From positions 1-35,389 of the forward strand of contig JAFDEW010000004.1 of NCBI GenBank assembly GCA_019310125.1: DNA of 35,389 bases. The letters are read 5' to 3'. Numbering within the stretch: position 1 is the stretch's first letter; the number at the start of each line of letters is the position of its first letter. The translations under genes and the position numbers were made by a program. The notes under the pieces are model-generated. The model made no database searches. It saw nothing but the letters and a program-made list of their open reading frames with translations, and was not told the DNA's origin. Origin of the DNA: Deltaproteobacteria bacterium. GTDB taxonomy: Bacteria > Desulfobacterota > Desulfobacteria > Desulfobacterales > UBA11574. Shown here piece by piece: positions 27,512 to 35,389 of this stretch.

Positions 27512-29146
27512 GTGAAAATTCAGACAACAAGTGCCGATGGCCGGTCCGCATTCTGGAAGAATAAGCCGGGTTATAAGCCGATTTTGTTTATTGCCGCAGC
27601 CGTGGTTTTTATTGTTATGGTTGTTATGCCGTCACCCCAAAGTATGATTGACATGGTGACAAAAGTCAGCCCTCCCGGGTATAAGCTGTCAAAGGGGTGT
27701 TCAACTATTGTTGAAACGGTTAACCAAAAGTTACGGCCCAAGGCCTTTAAAGCATCCCGTCAGGACAAGACAATAAAAGGGGAAAAACCACTGATGGATG
27801 AGAAAGGGGTGGCCCGGAATGCTAAAATTATGATTGCCATATTATTTTTAGCCGCTTTTTTATGGGGCACTGAAGCCCTGCCTCTGGGCGCCACGGACAT
27901 TATGGTGGGGGTCTTGATTTATCTTTTTGCTATCCTGCCGATTAACGAAATTTCCAGGGCGTATATGAAAGATGCCGTGTTTTTTATTTTCGGCATCCTG
28001 GCGGTAGCGGTTGGCGTTTCCAAAACCGGTCTTGACAAACGGATCGGCCTGATTCTTCTGAGCCGGATTAAGAGCGCTAAATCTTTTGCCTTTATCTTTT
28101 TTCCTCTACTGGCTATGTGTGCCGGATTTTTATCCGAACATGCCCTGGTGGCCCTCCTGATTCCCGCACTTATGGGGGTATATAAGGTTACCTGCAAAAT
28201 GCACGGCGTTAAAAAAGACCGGGCTCTGGCCATTTTTCTTTTTCTTGGGGTCTGTTTTGCGGCCAATCAAGGAGGCCCGGGGTCTCCGGCAGCGGGGGGA
28301 CGCAACGCCATTATGGTCGGCTATTTCATGGAATATGGGATGCCGATTTCTTTTTTGCAGTGGATGAAATATGGCCTGCCGTTTGTTCCGTTCATGGCGG
28401 TGGTCATCGGAGCTTACATGTATATTCTCTTTAAGCCCAAATTCAAGGTGCCGGATGTAAATCCCAGCGAAGTCGTAAAGGCTGAAGTGGCGAATATGCC
28501 TAAATTCGGAGGTCAAGAAGCCATAATGGCTATCATCTTGATCCTTTTAATCACTGGATGGATTACGCTGAGTAAAATTGCCGGTCTTGGCGGCCCCACT
28601 CTTTACGCGGTAATGGCAATGTTTGTATTCCGTATTGTCTCCTGGGATGACATCCAGGCGGGCGTGGCCTTTGATGTGGTCGGGTTGTATGCCGCCGCCT
28701 GTGCCATGGGAGTGGGTCTGAAATTTACCGGAGGCGCCCTCTGGCTGGCATCTACCTTTGTCAATTTCCTTCCGGATTTTATGACCAAAGGTGACGGCCT
28801 GATTATAGGGGTCAGTCTGCTGACCGGAACCATGACCAATTTTATGAGTGACGGTGCTACGGTTGCCGCTTTGGGACCAATCGTTCTCCCCATGGCCACA
28901 CTTGCCAATGTTAATGTTTGGAAAGTGGGGCTGGCCACCGCTTTTTCTTCCTCATTTGCGAATTTTCTGGTGGTCGGCACGCCCAACAATGCAATTGCCT
29001 TCGGCATGAGCCGGGATTTTGAAACCGGTGAAAGGTTGCTGGATGTAATGGATTTTGTTAAATACGGACTTCCGGTAACTATTCTGGCCTGGCTCGTCCT
29101 CTGGGGTTGGGCAGTCTTCGGATACTGGAAATTTTTATCCTGGTAG
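27512..29146 (+). CDS. DASS/SLC13 family anion transporter (B)
   Basis: LWGTEALPLG, GLDKRI, ISFLQW, VGTPNNAIAF, DFVKYG. Multi-TM. AAGGAG RBS with GTG start. Confidence 0.88.
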   Translation: MKIQTTSADGRSAFWKNKPGYKPILFIAAAVVFIVMVVMPSPQSMIDMVTKVSPPGYKLSKGCSTIVETVNQKLRPKAFKASRQDKTIKGEKPLMDEKGVARNAKIMIAILFLAAFLWGTEALPLGATDIMVGVLIYLFAILPINEISRAYMKDAVFFIFGILAVAVGVSKTGLDKRIGLILLSRIKSAKSFAFIFFPLLAMCAGFLSEHALVALLIPALMGVYKVTCKMHGVKKDRALAIFLFLGVCFAANQGGPGSPAAGGRNAIMVGYFMEYGMPISFLQWMKYGLPFVPFMAVVIGAYMYILFKPKFKVPDVNPSEVVKAEVANMPKFGGQEAIMAIILILLITGWITLSKIAGLGGPTLYAVMAMFVFRIVSWDDIQAGVAFDVVGLYAAACAMGVGLKFTGGALWLASTFVNFLPDFMTKGDGLIIGVSLLTGTMTNFMSDGATVAALGPIVLPMATLANVNVWKVGLATAFSSSFANFLVVGTPNNAIAFGMSRDFETGERLLDVMDFVKYGLPVTILAWLVLWGWAVFGYWKFLSW

Positions 29147-29157
29147 ACTGAAAAAAA

Positions 29158-29527
29158 ATGAACGCCCAACATCGAACGTCCAACATCGAATGATGAATGG
29201 AAAAAGATGAAGAAACAGAAATGATGCATTCGTAAAAAGTCGTCACTCCGGTGAAAACCGGAGTCCAGATGGTCTGTAACTGCTTGAAAAGACTGGATTG
29301 CGGCTTGGCCGTCATCCCGGACCCCGATCCGGGACGGAATGACGGAAAACGGTATTTTGGGACTTTTTACGAGGCCATCAGAAATAGCTGTTGAATGTTT
29401 GGTATTGGATATTTATTTTTTATTCGATTTTAAAATAATTTGAGGAGCGGAGCGACATCATTATTCGACGTTCGACGTTCAATGTTCGATGTTGGACGTT
29501 CATCTTTTAATATGTTGGACGTTCATC
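29158..29527. repeat. Second 7-bp-unit inverted element, interrupted by a MITE-like insert
   Basis: Left arm ATGAACGCCCAACATCGAACGTCCAACATCGAAT. Right arm ATTCGACGTTCGACGTTCAATGTTCGATGTTGGACGTTCAT. Confidence 0.75.
29222..29380. mobile_element. MITE-like non-autonomous element containing REP-like palindromes
   Basis: Ends TGATGCATTCGTAAAAAGTC and GACTTTTTACGAGGCCATCA. GAAA flanks both sides. Confidence 0.7.
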
Positions 29528-29544
29528 CTTTAAACGGAATTTTA

Positions 29545-31205
29545 ATGGCATTTTATCAAAGAAAATTCATATACAAAAATCTTAAAAGAAAGATCACGAC
29601 GATCATCCTGTGTGTTGCCATTTTCCCTTTGATCTTTCTTGGAGAGACAATATATTAACATATGAAGAAAAGATTGAAGATCAGATAAAATACCGGACAA
29701 GATCCTTGTCTGATGCGGTGGAAGTTTTCTTAAGGGAACGAACCGCCATCCTTGCCACCATTGTGGACACCCGTTCTTTTGATGACTTAAAACAACAGGA
29801 GAATCTTTCCCGAATGTTTAAAGTGATCAGCCGGCGTACGGACGGCCTGATTGACCTGGGCGTTATCGACAGCGCCGGTCAACACCTGGCATACGCCGGG
29901 CCATATGATTTAAAAGGATTAAATTATTTTCAACAGCCCTGGTTTAATGAAGTTCTCAGCAAGGGCAAATATATCAGTGATGTTTACATGGGATACCGGC
30001 AATTGCCGCATTTTGTTATTGCTGTGCGCGGATACAGCAATGGCCGGGGCTGGATTTTGAGGGCAACCGTGGATTCGGACATTTTTAACAAACTTGTCAG
30101 GACCGCCCAGACAGGAATATCAGGTGATGCTTATATCATCAATAAAAAGGGGATTTATCAGACAGCTCCTCGTTTTTCCGGTAAGATATTAGGCAAATCA
30201 AATATTTCCTTAACGCTTTTTGGTCAAGGTACTACGGTTGCCGAAAAAATTAAGGCTAACGGCAAAACAAAACATGTTGCCGGCACCTGGTTGAAAAATA
30301 ATGAGTGGCTCTTGGTGATCACCCAGGACGTCGGAGATGAGAAAGGCGGGTTATTGACAACCAGAAATACGGAAATCATGATTATTGTCTTTGGCTGTCT
30401 GGCAATAATTATGACCACATTTTTTGCAATGCGTATCATCTTTAACCACTTGGAAGAAGTTGACAAGGGGATTAGCGAACTTAATGATCAACTGATTCAG
30501 TCTGATAAAATGGCTGCCCTGGGAAAAATGGCCACCGGAATTGCCCATGAGATTAACAATCCCCTTGCGATAATCGGTGAAAAAGCAGGATGGATGCGGG
30601 ATTTGCTGGACGAAGAGAAATTTCAGGAGAGTGAAAATTTTAAAGAGTATGAACAATCCGTGGATAAAATTGAGGAACATGTGGAAAGGGCTCGCAAAAT
30701 AACCCATAATATGCTCGGATTTGCCAGAAGGATGGAACATCGTTTAGATGATGTTGATATTAATAATGTGTTAAATCAGACCATAGAACTTTTGCAAAGT
30801 CATGCACAGACAAGCAACATCAAAATAAGCAAAGATTTCCAGTCTGAACTGCCGATTATCGCAAGTGATCAATCTCAGCTTCAGCAGGTATTTTTGAACC
30901 TGATAAACAATGCTATTGATGCTGTGGAAAAGGATGGATTGATTGAAGTCAAAACGCGGAAAAAGGATTCTCAGATTGTAGTCGCTATAAAAGATAACGG
31001 TCCGGGTATGGATGAAGAACATCTGAAAAAGGTCTTTGATCCCTTTTTCACAACAAAAGAGACCGGCAAAGGGACTGGTCTGGGTTTGTCGGTGAGCTAT
31101 AATATTATTAAAAAATTAGGCGGTACCATAAAAGCGGAAAGCAAACTATCAGAAGGGGCTGTTTTCAGCATAAAGATTCCGATTAAAATTCCGGATAAAA
31201 AATGA
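29545..31205 (+). pseudogene. Membrane sensor histidine kinase, Cache-type (HK3), frameshifted just after TM1
   Basis: MAFYQ...PLIFLGETIY* in one frame. YEEKIEDQ...AHEINNP...GTGLGL continues in another frame. Alignment to HK1/HK2 implies about 13 nt missing near 29656. Confidence 0.8.
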
Positions 31206-31355
31206 CGGTCTCGTAAAAAGTCCAACTTCTGCGTTGTGCTGCATTTCGCAATCATTCAACGTACGAAAAGTACGCCTCATGATTACTAAATTTGCACGCC
31301 TTGAATTTGAACTTTTTACGAAACCGTCTAAATCGGACTTTTTACGAGTTCATCA
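31203..31355. mobile_element. MITE-like element of the same end family as 29222-29380
   Basis: TGACGGTCTCGTAAAAAGTCC ... GGACTTTTTACGAGTTCATCA. An internal second right end lies at 31311-31328. CGTAC-GAAAA-GTACG hairpin. Confidence 0.7.
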
Positions 31356-31375
31356 AAAGTAATAAGGAGATTCAA

Positions 31376-31825
31376 ATGGATATGTTCAGAATACTGGTCG
31401 TTGATGATGAAGTTGATTTTTTAGAAACAATTGTAAATCGACTGAAAAAAAGGAAACTGTTTACAACCGGTGTTACCAGCGGAGAACAAGCCCTCGCTCT
31501 TATAAAAGAACAATTATTTGATGTAATTATTCTCGACATAAAAATGCCCGGGGGTATGGACGGTATAGAAACCTTGCGGGAGATCAAGAAGATTCAGCCT
31601 CTGGTCGAAGTTATTCTTCTTACGGGACACGCTTCGCTGGAAACAAGTATTGAGGGGATGAAGCTGGGAGCTTTTGATTATTGCTTAAAACCCATTAAAC
31701 TCGAAGAGCTATTGCAAAAAATGGCGGCGGGATTTGAAAGGAAGTCCGGGCATGATAAAAAAATACGTGACGCCAAAATACAGGAACTGATCCGCTATCC
31801 CAGCAAGGTGTTTGATCAAGATTAA
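31376..31825 (+). CDS. Stand-alone response regulator receiver protein
   Basis: ILVVDDE, DIKMPG, LTGH, CLKP. ATG 31376 follows AAGGAG; the upstream extension is MITE sequence. Confidence 0.92.
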   Translation: MDMFRILVVDDEVDFLETIVNRLKKRKLFTTGVTSGEQALALIKEQLFDVIILDIKMPGGMDGIETLREIKKIQPLVEVILLTGHASLETSIEGMKLGAFDYCLKPIKLEELLQKMAAGFERKSGHDKKIRDAKIQELIRYPSKVFDQD

Positions 31826-31882
31826 CCATAACAAAAGTTCATCGCGTAACAATGCTCATTAATTTCCTATAAGATTCAGGTA

Positions 31883-32863
31883 CTATGCTTTTACGATCAG
31901 ATATGCGACATATCCGGTATAGCAGACCAGGAGTATAAAACCATCCCTGCGCGTGATCGTGTAATCCTTTCTCATCATCAGCCACGGCAGAAACCCCACG
32001 AATATCATCACCAGGTAATCAACCAGCAGACCGCTGTTAATAAAGCCCCCTGGAATGGGAATCGGCCTGATCAAAGAGGCGGCTCCGAGCACGCTCAGTA
32101 TGTTGAAAACATTGCTCCCCACAAGGTTGCCGATGCTGATATCCATCTCTTTTCTCAATGCGGCAACAACGGAAGTGGCAAGCTCCGGAAGCGACGTTCC
32201 CAGCGCGACAACGGTCAGGCCGATGAACTTTTCACTGACGTTGAATATTTTCATGATGGCAACAGCCGAATCAATAAGAATTTCCGCACCCACGACCACA
32301 CCGATGATTCCCACCGCGATAAATAAAACCTGCCGGCTTCTGGAAGTCACATATTCGATTTCTTCCACGGCATCTACAAAAGCAACACTATCGCTTTTCA
32401 AGTTTCGTTGGGATTCTTTAACGGCAATATAATAATTAAAGCATGTATATAAGATAATTCCACCGAAAAGCGATGCACCTTCTATCCTTCCGATTTTTGA
32501 GTCAAAAGAGATTAGCAAAAGATATATGGATACGCCGAGCATAATCGGAATGTCCCGGCGGTACACCGACCGGTTGCTCGCTGTCGGATGTATTACCGCT
32601 GCCAAACCCAGAACAAGGCCAATATTACAAATGTTACTTCCCACAACATTTCCTACGGCGATCATGCTTTTATCTTTAATCGAAGATACCACACTGATAA
32701 ACAGTTCAGGCGCCGAAGTCCCGAATGCAACGACAGTTAAGCCGATGACAAGCGGTGTCAAACCGAGATTGCGAGCCAGGCTCGAAGATCCTTTTACCAG
32801 CCAGTTGGCGCCATAGTAGAGCATCAACAGGCCCATAACAAAATAGACCAGATCAAGTATCAT
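31883..32863 (-). CDS. yrbG: Calcium/sodium antiporter (CaCA, YrbG-like)
   Basis: Two alpha repeats: GTSAPE..GNVVGSNI.N and GTSLPE..GNLVGSNVFN. Confidence 0.9.
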   Translation of the reverse strand: MILDLVYFVMGLLMLYYGANWLVKGSSSLARNLGLTPLVIGLTVVAFGTSAPELFISVVSSIKDKSMIAVGNVVGSNICNIGLVLGLAAVIHPTASNRSVYRRDIPIMLGVSIYLLLISFDSKIGRIEGASLFGGIILYTCFNYYIAVKESQRNLKSDSVAFVDAVEEIEYVTSRSRQVLFIAVGIIGVVVGAEILIDSAVAIMKIFNVSEKFIGLTVVALGTSLPELATSVVAALRKEMDISIGNLVGSNVFNILSVLGAASLIRPIPIPGGFINSGLLVDYLVMIFVGFLPWLMMRKDYTITRRDGFILLVCYTGYVAYLIVKA

Positions 32864-33053
32864 ACATAAAAACCCCGAATAATTTAACGCCTCAAAAATT
32901 TTATAACTTCTTGAAAATACCAGTTTATCAACGGCAACCTATTTGTGCCATCAAGTTTATAGTATCGTATCCCTATCAAACTTACTTAATATATGTAACC
33001 CTTTGAATCAAATAAATTGTTCTTTATCTTTTGATTGCTCTCAAATGAAGTGC

Positions 33054-33245
33054 TTAATTAGTATCCATCCATAAATCTGTATTGAGCACAAATTATGTTT
33101 CCAATGCAGAAATTAGCAATTTTTCGCAAGGTCAAGGAAATCAAGGAATTGCGCGGAGGCGTACAAGTGGTACGCCGCACAAGTAATTCCGCAGATTGAC
33201 GCAGAGATTGCGGAAAAGGGCAATTTCTGGATGGAAACTAATTAA
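33054..33245. mobile_element. MITE-like palindromic element with GGCGTAC/GTACGCC core
   Basis: Ends TTAATTAGTATCCATCCATAAAT and ATTTCTGGATGGAAACTAATTAA. Second left-end copy at about 33097. Core hairpin at 33156-33176. Confidence 0.65.
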
Positions 33246-33376
33246 ACTTCTCGGAATTTGTAACATCTCAATAAATTACGGAATAGTGGCCGAAGTTATG
33301 AAAAATTGGTTGCATATAAGTTTCGAGTTAGGGTAAGACTTTTAAAACGTTAAATTGCGGTTTGGGAGAATCAATA

Positions 33377-34269
33377 TTGCATTATGAGGGAAATATAATC
33401 CGGCCGCCCAGCGAAGCCAACAGCATTCTGCTGCAGATAACCGTGGGGTGTTCCCGGAACAAGTGTACATTCTGTGGTGCATACAAGGGGGAACGGTTTC
33501 GTATAAAACCGGATTCCATTATCATGGAGGATATCGCATTTGCGGCAAACTTCTGCAAACGACAGCGTCGCGTGTTTCTTTGCGACGGAGATGCGTTAAT
33601 TGTTCCCCAGAGAAGGTTGCTGAATATCCTTTGTGAAATTGAAAAAAATCTTCCCTGGGTAACACGGGTTGGTGCATATGCCAATGCCAAAAGTTTGAAA
33701 ATGAAAACGCTTGATGATCTCAAAACATTGAAGGCCCATGGCCTGGGTATCGTCTACCTGGGTCTGGAAACCGGTGATGATGTTACATTAAATAAAATCA
33801 TGAAGGGCGCAACATCAGAACAAATGATCCAAATGGGAAAAAAAGCAAAGGCGGCGGGTATCAAGCTCTCCATCACCGTGCTATTAGGCATTGCCGGCAA
33901 AACACGCTCGAAAATTCATGCCCGAGAAACCGGCCGGGTACTTTCAGCCATAGATCCCGAATATATCGGCGCACTGAGCCTTATGCTTATCCCCGGTACC
34001 CCTCTTTATCAGGATTATATGTCCGGAGATTTTACACTTCTTAAACCTGATGAAATGCTGCAGGAACTCAAAAACATGATTGCCGCTACGGAACTTTCCA
34101 AGGGGCTTTTCCATGCAAATCACGCGTCAAATTCCATGCAAATCACGCGTCAAATTACCTTCCCATCAAGGCACGCCTGCCAAAAGACAAAGCCATGACG
34201 CTGAGTCTTATTGACGAGGCTTTATCAGGTAACATAGCGTTGAAACCGGAATCTTTGAGAGCATTTTAA
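33377..34269 (+). CDS. Radical SAM protein, frameshifted by a 23-bp tandem duplication
   Basis: [26 protein letters not shown]. Removing one copy of 34109-34154 restores [13 protein letters not shown]...ESLRAF*. TTG start after GGAG. Confidence 0.85.
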
Positions 34270-34310
34270 CCCGAAATTTTCGAAAAAAATATAAAAAGGA
34301 GAACCCAATC

Positions 34311-35389
34311 ATGAATCAAGGCTTGTCTGAAAATCAGGCAAAAATCGATGAAATTTGTATTAACACGATTCGCACCCTTTCCATGGATGCTGTTCAAAAG
34401 GCTAACTCCGGACATCCCGGTGCACCAATGGGTCTTGCTCCCGCAGGCTATGTCCTTTGGACTCGTGTGATGAAACATAATCCCAAAAATCCCGGATGGC
34501 TGGACAGGGACCGATTTGTGCTTTCAGCCGGACATGCCTCAATGCTCCTTTACAGCCTGCTTCATCTTACGGGTTATGATGTAACCCTTGATGAGATAAA
34601 AAATTTTCGTCAGTGGGGCAGTAAAACGCCGGGACATCCCGAGTTCGGTCATACTCCGGGAGTGGAAACCACAACCGGTCCTCTGGGGCAAGGCTTTGCT
34701 AATGCCGTGGGTATGGCCATGGCGGAACGGCACCTTGCGGCCCGATTTAATCGTAACGGATATGAAATTGTCGACCATTTCACCTATGTGATGTGCGGGG
34801 ACGGAGACATGATGGAAGGGCTATCTTCTGAAGCTGCATCCCTTGCCGGACATCTGGGTCTTGGCAGACTCATTTGCATTTATGATGACAATAAAATCTC
34901 AATTGAAGGGGGTACCGAGATAACCTTTACGGAAGATGTTGCCCTGCGGTTTAAGGCCTATAACTGGCATGTTCTGAAAGTTGATGATGGGAATGATAGT
35001 GATGCAATTTTCAATGCGCTTGAGAAAGCCAAAGCTGAGACCGAACGTCCGTCACTGATTGTTCTGCGAACTCATATTGCTTTTGGAAGCCCCAACAAAC
35101 AGGATACGGCCGATGCCCACGGCGCGATGCCCACGGCGCTCCGCTTGGAGAAGAAGAAGTCCGCCTGACAAAAAAAGTCCTGGGTGTTCCTGAAGAACCC
35201 TCTTTTTATATACCTGAGCAGGCGATGAATAAATTCAGAAAATGCATCGACGCAGGAAAACAAGCCGAAGCCGGGTGGCAGGAAATCTTTCAGGCTTACA
35301 GCAAAAAATATCCTGATCTGACAAAACAATGGGTTGATGCCATGAGCGGTTTTTTAACCGCGGGATGGGATGACGAGATACCCGAATTT
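34311..35389 (+). CDS. tkt: Transketolase, partial (runs off the window), frameshifted by a 14-bp tandem duplication
   Basis: [41 protein letters not shown]...DDN. Removing one copy of 35111-35138 restores [10 protein letters not shown]. Confidence 0.95.

Noticed and set aside
26557-29527. Short repeats as a CRISPR array
   Set aside because: They are 7-bp tandem units in inverted arms with no unique regular spacers, and there are no cas genes.
29440-29544. N-terminal part of ORF 29440-29658
   Set aside because: It derives from repeat sequence. Only the part from ATG 29545 matches the kinase paralogs.
31292-31375. N-terminal extension of the last receiver
   Set aside because: It lies in the MITE-like element, and a good RBS precedes ATG 31376.
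34109-35138. Programmed frameshifting in the radical SAM gene and tkt
   Set aside because: The frame breaks are fully explained by exact tandem duplications, and there are no slippery sites.

Overview
A 35.4-kb chromosomal window that looks like a sulfate-reducing deltaproteobacterium (Desulfobacterales-like; inferred from gene content and repeat types). Left arm (1-8.8 kb, minus strand): cell-envelope block with an ExeA-type AAA ATPase/TPR protein, LysM lipoprotein, probable outer-membrane beta-barrel, hyaluronan-synthase-like GT2 and SPOR-NlpC/P60 lipoprotein, plus a decayed STAS-like gene and an amidohydrolase. Centre (9.2-31.8 kb, plus strand): a very dense signalling island. It has 4 histidine kinases (3 paralogous Cache-type membrane sensors and 1 soluble REC-HK hybrid), 7 stand-alone receiver proteins, a REC-CBS protein, a receiver remnant, 2 atypical DASS/SLC13 transporters, a TauE/SafE exporter with a partner, a cytidylate-kinase-like protein, a cupin and a PEP-synthase-like His-phosphotransferase with no recognisable pyruvate-binding barrel. 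No DNA-binding output domain is encoded. The island is split into five units, each starting with the same 17-bp motif (TGTAAAWAAKHCTGACA) 110-115 bp upstream of a sigma54 -24/-12 promoter. Right arm: Ca/Na antiporter, radical SAM protein and transketolase; the last two are frameshifted by exact short tandem duplications that are probably assembly artefacts. Intergenic spaces hold several families of small palindromic elements, including a nested stack. No tRNA, rRNA, CRISPR array or transposase was recognised.
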